From a virus (Duplodnaviria > Caudoviricetes), in IMG/VR virus record IMGVR_UViG_3300020042_003419, positions 1-54,624 of that record: 54,624 bases of DNA. One strand, given 5' to 3'. Position 1 is the first letter of the stretch, and the number at the start of each line of letters is the position of its first letter. The notes under the pieces are model-generated. The model saw nothing but the letters and a program-made list of their open reading frames with translations. It searched no databases and was not told where the DNA came from. A program made the position numbers and the translations under genes. Shown in pieces: positions 1-9,336 of the stretch.

Positions 1-121
1 GAAAAAGAAAAGCTGGAAGAAGAAAAAGCTCGACTAACTACTCTTGCTGCCAAAGGTGGTAAAGAAGGTAGCGCTGCTCAGAAACAATTAGACGCATATA
101 CAGACGTTGAGGCTAGAGAGA
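1..121. repeat. Terminal direct repeat / circular overlap (copy 1)
   Basis: 1-121 equals 54504-54624 except G81 vs A54584; the reading frame runs across the junction. Confidence 0.95.
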
Positions 122-615
122 GTAAACGAAAAAAACCTGATAAACCTGATGAAGAAAAAACACCTTCATTGGGAGCAATTAATTCTTTTGTTAGAGATGC
201 CGGTGCTCGTGCTGTAATTTTTGCTCATGGTCGAGGTAATAACAATATTTCTAAAATGACGCTGCCAGATGGAACTATTTCAGCAGAGTATAACGGTGAT
301 CCGACATCAGAAATTGCTAGGCAAGTTGAAGAAACTCGTCGCACTGCAGCACTAAGAGCGTTGTCTTTCTTCCCTGCCAATGACCGTAACGTTCAAGCTA
401 TTTTAAAATCATATGATCCTGTCACTCCTGCTGCGCCACAACCGCAACCTGTACCAACACCTAAGCCAGCACTTCCAGTAATATCTCCTAAACCTGTTGC
501 TGGTAGCTCTCCAGTTGATCAAGAACGCGCTAAAGCTTTGAGTGCTATTAATGCAGGTGCTGATCAAGCAGCGGTAAAGAAACGGTTTAAAGAAACTACA
601 GGACAGGACTTGTAA
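1..615 (+). CDS. 3' part of an internal virion protein gene that starts at 53754 and wraps the contig ends (~454 aa if joined)
   Basis: Frame 1 is open from base 1 (EKEKLEEEKARL...) and in frame with ATG 53754 through the overlap; Pro-rich linker near the C-terminus; the listed TTG start at 169 is an edge artefact. Confidence 0.8.
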   Translation, partial: EKEKLEEEKARLTTLAAKGGKEGSAAQKQLDAYTDVEARESKRKKPDKPDEEKTPSLGAINSFVRDAGARAVIFAHGRGNNNISKMTLPDGTISAEYNGDPTSEIARQVEETRRTAALRALSFFPANDRNVQAILKSYDPVTPAAPQPQPVPTPKPALPVISPKPVAGSSPVDQERAKALSAINAGADQAAVKKRFKETTGQDL

Positions 616-618
616 AAT

Positions 619-3600
619 ATGGCAGACTATTCCGATCTGATTCCTGCAACATCAGGCTATGATGATTTAATTCCTGCTAAGCCTGTTGCTGCCGCAATGA
701 CCGCAATGCCAGTCAACACACCAACGTCCAGAGCACCCCAAAAACCACCCGCTGCTGCCTCTGCTGAGCGACAGGCTGCTGAAGATGCACAGCCTAAATA
801 TAGCTATGAAGATCTGTACAAGAACGATGACTTGTACAACATCATCAAAGACTATTCTAAGGTGGCAATGAAGAAAGAGCCAGAACCAAACCAATCACGG
901 CAAGAGTTTGTTAATGACTTCATGTCAAAGATGCGCGGCATTGAGTTTAATGCCATCTTAGATACAGTTCCTGAGTTGAATAAGATGCGTAATGCTAAGC
1001 CAGAAGATGCTGTAAAGATGGCACTGGCTCAAAAGGTTTACGAAAGAACAGCACCTGCTTATTCAGCAGAAGGTCAACCCGGCATACGTCCATATTTTGA
1101 TGCCATTAAAGCCATTGCTACAGACCCCTCAAACTACATTGGTTTTGGTCTTGGTGCTGTAGGTAAGAAACTTGTGGTTGGTGCTGCTAAGAAAGAAGCA
1201 TTGGCATTGGCTGCGGGTACTGCTACTGAAACTATAGCAAAATCTAAGCTGGCTCAACTGGCAACTAAAGCTGCGTTACCAACGGCTGGCAAAGGCATTG
1301 CTGCTGGCACCATTGCTGAAAGCAGTGTTGCTGTTGGTCAGAATGTAATGTCTCAAAAGCTTGGACAACAAACAGCACGGGCGCTGGGTGAAGAAGTTCC
1401 TGAACTGGACAACACGCAATTGGCAGTGGCTGCTTTGTTTGGTGCTGTTGGTGGCTTTGCAGAAGCTCGTGCAGTTATGAAAGCTAAGCCGGGTAAGACA
1501 GGTACTGAACAATTACAAGAATTAATTCAAGAAAAAAACATTGTTCCTAAAGATCCTCTTGCTCCAGCAACAAAGGTTGAGCGTACATTGCTTGATCCTG
1601 TCACTGAGAACATGGATACTATTGTTGATGAATTCAATAAAACTCAAGGCCAAAAGATATTGGATGAGATCTCTCCAATCACACCACTAGCAGAGGCAGG
1701 TATTCAACGTGATCTAAGCGCTCGCGCCATTAGGGTTGCAATGCATATCATTGATCAAGACCCTGCTTTCAGATTGAAACCAAATCAGAAAACTAGCTCT
1801 GCCATTAACGAAGTATTTGCAAACTTAGACACTGGTGGAATCAGTGATGCTTTGCTTGAACAAGCCATTCGTAAAGAAGGACTAACACCACAAGAGTTTG
1901 CACAAGCTAACAAGATGACGGTGACACAAGCTGCTCAGGTTATGCAGCAATACTCTGCTGCTTCTCGTTTGTTGGGCAAGCTAACACAGATTGACCCAGA
2001 AGCCAAGAAGCTTGTTGATAGTTTGTTTGCTAAGCCTGATGATATTCCTAATGCAATGGGTTGGGTTGGCAAAGCCATCTCTTCCGTTGAGCGTGAATCT
2101 AAAGCATGGATGGTTAGTGGTGTTGCTACCACTGTTCGTAACGTTATTGGTACCAGCATTGGTCTTACTTACAACTCCGCTGCTTCATTGGTTGAAGGAA
2201 GTTTGTACACAATTGGCAAAACAATAGGTAGCGCTTCTACAGGAATGCGTGTTGAAACGTTCAAGCGAGGCATGGGCGACACCATCAAAGACACATTCAA
2301 TGTGTATGGGTTGCTATACAGGCAAGGATTGGCTGAAGCAGCCACTGACACCATGCTTAAATATAATCCAGCAATTAACAATGCTTTATTTAGCGCAACA
2401 CAAGAAGGTTCCACTAAAGAAATATCTAAAGTTGGACAGTTGTTCAACACATTGAATGTGGTGCAAGACAGCTTCTTCCGTAAAGCAATCTTCACAGCTT
2501 CAGTAGACAAACACATGCGCCGTGCTGGTCTTGATATGTATCAGACCATTGGTGAAGGTAAGGTTATCCCTGCTGATATTTTAAAGAAATCTACTGATGA
2601 AGCACTGAAGGCTACGTTCTCGTATATGCCTAAGCAAACCAGAGAATCTGGCTTTGAAGCTGGTGCAGAAAGCGCAGCTAACTTAATTGTCAAAGGAATG
2701 GAATATCCCGGCCTAAGTTTGGTTGCTCCGTTTGCTCGTTTCATGTCTAATGCCATTGCTTTCCAATACCGCTATAGCGTGTTTGGCGCAACCTCTGGTG
2801 CATCTGACATACTGCAAGGTGGGTTGTTGAAGAGTGCTGGTAAAGAAGGCGGTGACTACCTTGTTCGTCAAGGCACTGAGAACTTGTCTAAAGGTATTGT
2901 TGGCACTGCTGTATTGGCATATGCCTATGACTATCGGCTAAACAATCAAGACAGTGAATGGTTTAACTACAAGCAAGACGATGGCACCACTACCGATCTA
3001 CGTGCATTGTTTCCAGCAGGGCCAGTGTTGGCTGTTGCTGACTTCATGGCTAAGCGTAAACTTGGTTTGGAACCAAAGACTGCTCAACTAACTGAAGCCA
3101 TCATTGGTATGAAGATGCCAGCCGGTACGCAGAACGTGTTGCTTGATCAAGTGTTTGCTGCATTCTCTTCTGAGAAAGATGCTGACAAAATTGATGTGAT
3201 GATTGGTAAAGTTCTTGGTGACTTCACTACTCGTTTTACTCAACCATTTCTTGTTAAGAATGCTTACGACTTCTTAGATCTGTTCCGTGAAGAAGGTAGC
3301 ATTCAGCGTGATCCCAATGTAATTGTTAGTGATGACAAAATCACTGAAGCAGCAATGAACCGTATTCAGAAGCGCATCCCAATTGCTAAAGAAGACTTAC
3401 CCGCATATCAACCATACACCCGCGAAGGCCCTGTATATCAAGAAGGTGAGTTCTTTGCCAATCTTATTGGTGTTAGACAGGTGCCAGAGAAGAGTGTACA
3501 AGAACGTGAGATTGTTCGCTTAGGTATTGAGCCATACAAACTATATGGTGGCGCAACTGGCGACAAAGAATATGACCGTAAGTTTGTTGAACTAGCAAAC

Positions 3601-5835
3601 CCTATGGTTACTAAGTTCATAGATAGGGCTATGGCTAGTGAACGTTATAAAGCATTGTCTCTTCCTGAGCAAAAGATTGCACTGGCTAATACTGTTAAGG
3701 GTGCCACTGAAGTTGCTCGGGCAAATACAGAAGCAGAATTTAGTATTAATGATATTAATAAAATCTATAAGATGAAGTTTGATAAGCTTCCTGCAGATAA
3801 GCGAGGCATTATCAATGATCGTTATGCTAAAGATAACGAAGGAAAATCATTAGAAGAAGCTAAAGACTACAAGGCTGTTTACAAGTATGAAGCAATGCTT
3901 GGTAATCTACAGTTTAACGTTGGTGGTTTTGTTGCTAAAGGATTGACGAAGCTGGCTAAGGGTGTTCCAGACATTGCTAAAACTGCGGCAACTAAAGCAA
4001 CAAAGACATTGGACAATACAGAAATTGATCAGTTAGTAAACAAAGCCATTGACGATGCTATTGGTGCAAAGGCCAGCCCTGTTGTTGATCAAATGGCAAA
4101 GGTGTTGACAAAGAAGCCAGTAATGCCTAAGAAGCCCGTAGAGCCTCCATCACTGGAAGCAGCTACCCCTGTACCAGCACCAGCAACAAAGGCCCCTGAA
4201 GACCCGTTAGAACAGGTTGGTGAGGTATTGACACCGCCACCACCTAAGAAGGATGGGCTTGACGCGCTGTTTTCGTTGTATAACGAACTCTATCCAAGCA
4301 AGCCTGTTACCACAACGGCTCGACCCTTCACTGAAGAAGCCTATACAAAAGGCAAGGCTGACTTGATTGACACCTTTGGTGCTAAAGAAGTTGAGAAAAT
4401 GATCAAGAATGATCCAAAAGATTATGCAAACATGTTGCACATCTATGCTGGTGATACGCTTGGATTGAAGAAGGGTAAGGGATTGCCACCGCTGCCTTAT
4501 GAAGTTGCTGACACTGCCATTGTTAAATACGATGACATGGGCAACCCTATTCCTATTGGACAGATTGAAAAGAAAACGGCAGGTAATGTTGTCCCGGAAC
4601 AAGAAGTGCAATACAGCGGTGAATACTTAACTGGTGATTTTGATAATAAAACTTTGAAGAATAAAGCAACTCGGGAAAGACAAAACATATTATCTGAAAT
4701 TAAAGATGCTCGTAAAAGGTCTTTCAACGATCTTAAAAAGAATAAGATGATGGAGGCTATTGATGGTGATGTTGTTGCTGTGGCTCAAGGAGATTTCAGG
4801 TTTAAACTAAAACGTGAAGCTGACCCAAACAATGATAAAGATGTTGCTGCGTTTGCAGACATAGCTAATTCTTTGCAGAAGAAGTATGACACTCTTAAAG
4901 AGAGGTACAAAGACAAACCACCTATTAAACTTTTCCACGGCAACTATGATGTTGAAGATATTAAAACTACAGGCTTCACCGATCCTCAAAAGTTTTATAC
5001 TACTGGTCATTCAGAGTTGAGAATTGGCGGCCCGTCCTTTACTAAAGACACTGGACTTGGCGTACAAGGTAAACGTTTTGGAGGTGAAAATCCAGAAAAT
5101 TATCTCTACACAGAAATGCCGTATGCTGATTATATGTTTAAACGAATAAACATGCCATTGACTGAATATAACTCGAGAGACATGAACCTTATTGCTAGAA
5201 CAATAACAGGTTCTCTTGACACTGTTCGCCCTTTGTCACTACCTCGTGCTGGTTTCAGTGAAACAGAAGATGTGATTGTTGAAGCAGAAAAGCTTGTAAC
5301 ACAGGGCAAAGGTAAGATGCGTCTTAAACCCGCCACTGAAGAGTTGACTAAACCAATTCGTGAAGGTGGTAAGGGTAGGTTGCAGACAACTCTTGATCGC
5401 AGAGAAAAGTTTACAAATGATAGAGAGTTGTTGCGCGACTACATGACTCTAGTCAATGACGATACATCATCATTAAGAGATCGTAGAAAAACAGCATATC
5501 TAACTTATGATTTAATTAAAACAATATCCAATGATTTGTTAGGTGCTGCTGAATCTGTGTCAGTTGGCAAAGGTCTTGGTCACACGTATCAAACTGATAT
5601 GACTCGTTTCGCTAATCAAATATCATCAACCAATAAAATTGAATCAGTTATCAAAGTTCTTGATGATATGGGTGCTGTTCAAAAGGCGTCAACGTTAAGA
5701 AAAGTCAAGGATGAACTTGTTGGTTTGGCTAACATATCTGATAATAGTCCTGACAAGAATACAATCAAAGCTCTTAATCAAACCAGAGAAGCTGCACGTA
5801 AACTAGCTAAGGGTGGCTTTGTAAGCAGACGATAG
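619..5835 (+). CDS. Large internal virion (ejection) protein, 1738 aa, with C-terminal ADP-ribosyltransferase-like region
   Basis: Last and largest gene of the structural arm; Ala/Gly-rich hydrophobic stretches in the N-terminal part; Pro-rich linker; LFHG...PSFTKD...ETE motifs at aa ~1438-1550. Confidence 0.7.
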   Translation: MADYSDLIPATSGYDDLIPAKPVAAAMTAMPVNTPTSRAPQKPPAAASAERQAAEDAQPKYSYEDLYKNDDLYNIIKDYSKVAMKKEPEPNQSRQEFVNDFMSKMRGIEFNAILDTVPELNKMRNAKPEDAVKMALAQKVYERTAPAYSAEGQPGIRPYFDAIKAIATDPSNYIGFGLGAVGKKLVVGAAKKEALALAAGTATETIAKSKLAQLATKAALPTAGKGIAAGTIAESSVAVGQNVMSQKLGQQTARALGEEVPELDNTQLAVAALFGAVGGFAEARAVMKAKPGKTGTEQLQELIQEKNIVPKDPLAPATKVERTLLDPVTENMDTIVDEFNKTQGQKILDEISPITPLAEAGIQRDLSARAIRVAMHIIDQDPAFRLKPNQKTSSAINEVFANLDTGGISDALLEQAIRKEGLTPQEFAQANKMTVTQAAQVMQQYSAASRLLGKLTQIDPEAKKLVDSLFAKPDDIPNAMGWVGKAISSVERESKAWMVSGVATTVRNVIGTSIGLTYNSAASLVEGSLYTIGKTIGSASTGMRVETFKRGMGDTIKDTFNVYGLLYRQGLAEAATDTMLKYNPAINNALFSATQEGSTKEISKVGQLFNTLNVVQDSFFRKAIFTASVDKHMRRAGLDMYQTIGEGKVIPADILKKSTDEALKATFSYMPKQTRESGFEAGAESAANLIVKGMEYPGLSLVAPFARFMSNAIAFQYRYSVFGATSGASDILQGGLLKSAGKEGGDYLVRQGTENLSKGIVGTAVLAYAYDYRLNNQDSEWFNYKQDDGTTTDLRALFPAGPVLAVADFMAKRKLGLEPKTAQLTEAIIGMKMPAGTQNVLLDQVFAAFSSEKDADKIDVMIGKVLGDFTTRFTQPFLVKNAYDFLDLFREEGSIQRDPNVIVSDDKITEAAMNRIQKRIPIAKEDLPAYQPYTREGPVYQEGEFFANLIGVRQVPEKSVQEREIVRLGIEPYKLYGGATGDKEYDRKFVELANPMVTKFIDRAMASERYKALSLPEQKIALANTVKGATEVARANTEAEFSINDINKIYKMKFDKLPADKRGIINDRYAKDNEGKSLEEAKDYKAVYKYEAMLGNLQFNVGGFVAKGLTKLAKGVPDIAKTAATKATKTLDNTEIDQLVNKAIDDAIGAKASPVVDQMAKVLTKKPVMPKKPVEPPSLEAATPVPAPATKAPEDPLEQVGEVLTPPPPKKDGLDALFSLYNELYPSKPVTTTARPFTEEAYTKGKADLIDTFGAKEVEKMIKNDPKDYANMLHIYAGDTLGLKKGKGLPPLPYEVADTAIVKYDDMGNPIPIGQIEKKTAGNVVPEQEVQYSGEYLTGDFDNKTLKNKATRERQNILSEIKDARKRSFNDLKKNKMMEAIDGDVVAVAQGDFRFKLKREADPNNDKDVAAFADIANSLQKKYDTLKERYKDKPPIKLFHGNYDVEDIKTTGFTDPQKFYTTGHSELRIGGPSFTKDTGLGVQGKRFGGENPENYLYTEMPYADYMFKRINMPLTEYNSRDMNLIARTITGSLDTVRPLSLPRAGFSETEDVIVEAEKLVTQGKGKMRLKPATEELTKPIREGGKGRLQTTLDRREKFTNDRELLRDYMTLVNDDTSSLRDRRKTAYLTYDLIKTISNDLLGAAESVSVGKGLGHTYQTDMTRFANQISSTNKIESVIKVLDDMGAVQKASTLRKVKDELVGLANISDNSPDKNTIKALNQTREAARKLAKGGFVSRR

Positions 5836-5860
5836 AGAAAGCCCCTTGCGGGGCTTCTTT
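5836..5860. terminator. Intrinsic terminator between the converging arms, probably bidirectional
   Basis: AGAAAGCCCC-TTGC-GGGGCTTCTTT hairpin between convergent stop codons. Confidence 0.85.
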
Positions 5861-5862
5861 GT

Positions 5863-6213
5863 TTAATCTTCTAGTTCTTCTAACGCTAGATCTAGGAATA
5901 ATTTCTGTTTCTTTTTAGCAGCAATATTTTCCAGTTCTTGTTTCTTTGATTGTTCAATCCATACATCTTTATTCTTTAATATAAACTGCTCCATTTCAAA
6001 GAGTTCCTTTATTAGCAAATTAAGCTTTGCAAGTTTAATACCTAACTCTTTAGCGGTATGTGCTGTAAAGTCTAGGTTTACTTGACGATTGCAATCACTA
6101 ATCTTCACATTACTATATATTGAATAGTGACCAACATCTACATCACATTCAATAGCAGCGAGTCCTTGTTTCTTATTCAGAAAATTACGGCTGTTATATT
6201 TAACTTCTTTCAT
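5863..6213 (-). CDS. Hypothetical protein
   Basis: 116-aa ORF, GGAGA SD, tightly packed in the operon. Confidence 0.75.
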   Translation of the reverse strand: MKEVKYNSRNFLNKKQGLAAIECDVDVGHYSIYSNVKISDCNRQVNLDFTAHTAKELGIKLAKLNLLIKELFEMEQFILKNKDVWIEQSKKQELENIAAKKKQKLFLDLALEELED

Positions 6214-6215
6214 AA

Positions 6216-6413
6216 TTATCTCCGTTGTTGTAGACGATTAATATTGTCAAAGTAGGCAGCATCAAATCCACGCTGCCATTCTTGTCCTTGAACTGTTTCA
6301 CCATCATATTGATTAGTTAGCCAGCCTTTGCTAAATGCAAAATAACCTTGGTTAAATTGAATCTTCAAAGGCGCACGGCGCTCAATGAGTTTTACATTGG
6401 TATCTAGTCCCAT
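6216..6413 (-). CDS. Rmf/CrpP-like small protein (65 aa)
   Basis: Start at ATG 6413 after AAGGAG; pattern F-x-x-GY-x-A...G...N-x-Y...EW-x-x-GF resembles ribosome modulation factor-like proteins. Confidence 0.55.
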   Translation of the reverse strand: MGLDTNVKLIERRAPLKIQFNQGYFAFSKGWLTNQYDGETVQGQEWQRGFDAAYFDNINRLQQRR

Positions 6414-6414
6414 G

Positions 6415-6699
6415 TCACACTCCTTTACCGAACATTTCTTCACGAAGCAGATAGCCCTCAAGAGGCCATAGCTTTTCAATAGCATCACCATAGCTGTATT
6501 GTTCACCAACAGCTTTGTTGAACATTGATGGGTCAGCACAGGCACTGGTGCCAAGTACAACATAACCATTCTTCATTGTCATGACACAAAGGGTGGTGGT
6601 TGTTTCTGGCAGCACAGCATATGAAACATGTTTAATCTTGTCTTGTATATCTGACAAGGTAACTCTGGTTCGCCGTATTTCTAGGTTTGGATGGTTCAT
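6415..6699 (-). CDS. Phage gp49/gp66 family protein, Acb4-like nucleotide-signal sponge
   Basis: Motifs NGYVVLGTSACADP..FN..VGE and KLWPLEGYLL. Confidence 0.7.
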   Translation of the reverse strand: MNHPNLEIRRTRVTLSDIQDKIKHVSYAVLPETTTTLCVMTMKNGYVVLGTSACADPSMFNKAVGEQYSYGDAIEKLWPLEGYLLREEMFGKGV

Positions 6700-7166
6700 A
6701 ATTTAAGTTGAGAAATTTTTAAGTTGTAACAGTCAGACTTTACCACATAGTTGTTAGCAGGGTCAATAGTTCCTTTCTTCATAAATACAGCATCTTCTAA
6801 ATAAGCCTTCTTATCGTACATGCCCAAGTACCATCCAACTGTAAAGTCATTCTTTACACGAACAAAGCAATAGGCATCACAGGCTTGTTTAGTGTTTAAA
6901 TCGGCAACACTACATTCGTAATATGGCAACGGAACAGCACTGGTTTGCTTTGTCTTCACATCAATTTTAATTCCGTTATCTAAAACAAGATCGTAATCAA
7001 ATGTGTTGATCAGTTCACCACCAATCACTTGTTGTGCGATAGCTTCACCAATGAAACCAGCAATGTTGCCAGCCCCACTGGTGATGCTATTGTACAGCTT
7101 GCCCATTGCTGCCGCTTTGTCTCTGGCTTCAACGAGCATGTCTGCTGTAATCGCTACTTCAATCAT
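6696..7166 (-). CDS. Putative PD-(D/E)xK nuclease-fold protein
   Basis: GE...YDL...IDVKTK motif. Confidence 0.5.
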   Translation of the reverse strand: MIEVAITADMLVEARDKAAAMGKLYNSITSGAGNIAGFIGEAIAQQVIGGELINTFDYDLVLDNGIKIDVKTKQTSAVPLPYYECSVADLNTKQACDAYCFVRVKNDFTVGWYLGMYDKKAYLEDAVFMKKGTIDPANNYVVKSDCYNLKISQLKL

Positions 7167-7299
7167 TATACTTTACCATTTGGCTACATAAAAGCCACGG
7201 GATTATTAGCAGTGTCCACCACCCTCCTAGAAAAGTAATGCTATACACCACCACTACATCCGCTACAGATAAGCTAGGTTCAAGTAAACGTTTAATCAT
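7159..7299 (-). CDS. Small membrane protein (46 aa), absent from the ORF track
   Basis: MIKRLLEPSLSVADVVVVYSITFLGGWWTLLIIPWLLCSQMVKYND fills the gap; its stop overlaps the next gene. Confidence 0.55.
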   Translation of the reverse strand: MIKRLLEPSLSVADVVVVYSITFLGGWWTLLIIPWLLCSQMVKYND

Positions 7300-7319
7300 T
7301 TGTTGTACATTATAAAGGT

Positions 7320-8957
7320 TTAAACACCGCAACTACCACCCTTGCCAGAGATGTCACAAATGTCTAGCTCTTCATAGACAACATCTTTGTGCTTCAGCGC
7401 TTCCTCATACGGCACTGCCGTAAGGGGTTGACCACCACGACTACCGTCAGGATAGCAAGTGAATCCACGCAGTCGAGGCGCATACTTAGCCAATGTATTA
7501 GCAAAGGTTTTTACCTCGTTCTCATTGTTGTGCTTAGTTCCCCACGATGGTAGATTGATAGTTGACGAAATAGACATGTCAACATAGTCTTGAATGTCTG
7601 CTTGAAACTTAATGCGCTGTTCATAGTTTTCACTAAGATCTAGGGCGCTCTCAATAGCATCTGGCTTAACACCATATTGTTGAATGAGCAAGTTGGCTGT
7701 ACCATCTACAACATATTGATACTTCCATTTCGTTCCTTCAGTAAGGAAGCGGCGCTTGTAAGCAACAGCAAACAATGGCTCTATACCAGTAGTAGTACCG
7801 GCTAATATACCAATGCTTCCAGTGGGAGCAATTGCACGATAGGCAACAGGACGACTGATAAAGAAACGATCACAATGCTCATCAGCAGCACGTTTGCTTT
7901 CGTCACGATATACCGACAACCACTTGTGCAACTCTGGAGAAACTTCATACTTATATCCCTTCTTCAGCAACCATTCGTGAATTCCCATTAAACCAAGACC
8001 AAGGCGACGATTCTTCTCACGAACCTTGTACACCTTATCATAAGGCAAGTCAGCCCGTAGCGTACCACACACCAAGAATTTAGAACCAAGCTCCACCACT
8101 TGTTTAAACTCTTCAAGGTTGATGATGCGTCCCATGTTAATGCTACCTAGATTACATACATCACTATCATCTTCTGACGTAACTTCTGTACAAGCATTAC
8201 GCAAGGTTTCATTTTGCTTAGCACCAAAGTTAAAACTGAATCCGGGTTCAGCAGTCTCCATTGCTTGACGAACGTTCTGCAAGAACACAGCATTGTTCTC
8301 AAGACCACCAACCATAGAAGCATCGTCGTAATTGACGCTGATGTTTGTCATGTCCAATGGTGCAGAAGCGTTAAAGTCTTTAATCTTCATAGCTTTAATG
8401 TCTTCATTCCAGTTCTTGATGTACAGAAACTTCTGAATGTCTTCATGTTGCCAATTCAAGCTGGCATAAATAGCAGAGCGGCGACTACCGCCTTGCATTA
8501 CGTTGCGACCAATTTCATTGATGGCAGACATGAGAGGGATAGGCCCTGATGCAGTGCCGCCAGTACGCGACAGAGCCTTGCCAGCGGGGCGTAGACGCGA
8601 GTAGTCAATGCCAATGCCACCACCAGTCATCAAGCATGACATTGCTCGCCATGTGACGTTGCTCCACTCTTCACGGGTGTCTTCTTCAGCACGTAGCAAG
8701 AAACAATTGTTGTAAGCCTTGAAGGGACGACCTGCGTAGTACAGATAGCGACCACCGGGGATAAACTTCATGTCTTTAATCATCTGTGTTAGCTGCTTAC
8801 GATCTTCATTGGACATGAGGATTGGCATCGTTCCATTACGACTGCCGCATACATCTTCTACCAAACGCTCTGACAATTTTGCCCATGTGTCACCGGGGCC
8901 TTGAGCATATTTAAAACGAAACACATTCTCTGCAAAGCTATTACGAAACTCACTCAT
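7320..8957 (-). CDS. nrdJ: Ribonucleotide reductase, probably class II (adenosylcobalamin-dependent)
   Basis: GGR, NNCF, NACTE (catalytic loop), CNLGSIN, APTG, C-terminal Cys pair; no nrdB-like gene seen. Confidence 0.85.
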   Translation of the reverse strand: MSEFRNSFAENVFRFKYAQGPGDTWAKLSERLVEDVCGSRNGTMPILMSNEDRKQLTQMIKDMKFIPGGRYLYYAGRPFKAYNNCFLLRAEEDTREEWSNVTWRAMSCLMTGGGIGIDYSRLRPAGKALSRTGGTASGPIPLMSAINEIGRNVMQGGSRRSAIYASLNWQHEDIQKFLYIKNWNEDIKAMKIKDFNASAPLDMTNISVNYDDASMVGGLENNAVFLQNVRQAMETAEPGFSFNFGAKQNETLRNACTEVTSEDDSDVCNLGSINMGRIINLEEFKQVVELGSKFLVCGTLRADLPYDKVYKVREKNRRLGLGLMGIHEWLLKKGYKYEVSPELHKWLSVYRDESKRAADEHCDRFFISRPVAYRAIAPTGSIGILAGTTTGIEPLFAVAYKRRFLTEGTKWKYQYVVDGTANLLIQQYGVKPDAIESALDLSENYEQRIKFQADIQDYVDMSISSTINLPSWGTKHNNENEVKTFANTLAKYAPRLRGFTCYPDGSRGGQPLTAVPYEEALKHKDVVYEELDICDISGKGGSCGV

Positions 8958-8977
8958 TATATTTTCCTTAGTTGATT

Positions 8978-9002
8978 AAAAAAGGAGCGCAAAGGCTCCT
9001 TC
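8978..9002 (-). terminator. Terminator/attenuator-like hairpin in the nrdJ leader
   Basis: Minus strand AAGGAGC-CTTTGC-GCTCCTT running into a T6 tract. Confidence 0.6.
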
Positions 9003-9027
9003 AGGGAGGGTAGTTATACCTGTGTTT

Positions 9028-9336
9028 CTAACGATTGTCGCCAGAGCCGCCGATAACCTCACGTTCTTTACGACTATGTAGCTTTTCAAGATTGTATGTA
9101 CAGATTTCCGACAAAGTAAGATCAAAGTCAGAAGCTACAGCAGCCACCATCCACATCACATCACCAAGTTCTTTCTTAATATCTTGCTGTAAAACAAAAT
9201 GATTACCACCATCCCTGATGTGCTTAGCCACTTTGCCCAACACCTCACCAGCTTCTGCTGCAAGATTGAGTAGGGCATAAGCTTCATCGGCTGACTCTGT
9301 ACGAAACTCCATTGCTCGTTGTTGATAGTTGTCCAT
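9028..9336 (-). CDS. MazG-like nucleotide pyrophosphohydrolase
   Basis: EAGEV...KKELGDVMW...NLEKL..R...GSGDNR signature. Confidence 0.9.
   Translation of the reverse strand: MDNYQQRAMEFRTESADEAYALLNLAAEAGEVLGKVAKHIRDGGNHFVLQQDIKKELGDVMWMVAAVASDFDLTLSEICTYNLEKLHSRKEREVIGGSGDNR

Noticed and set aside
619-5835. Virion RNA polymerase (N4- or crAss-like)
   Set aside because: No DFDGD/DxDxD or T7-type polymerase motifs seen; early genes have host sigma70 promoters
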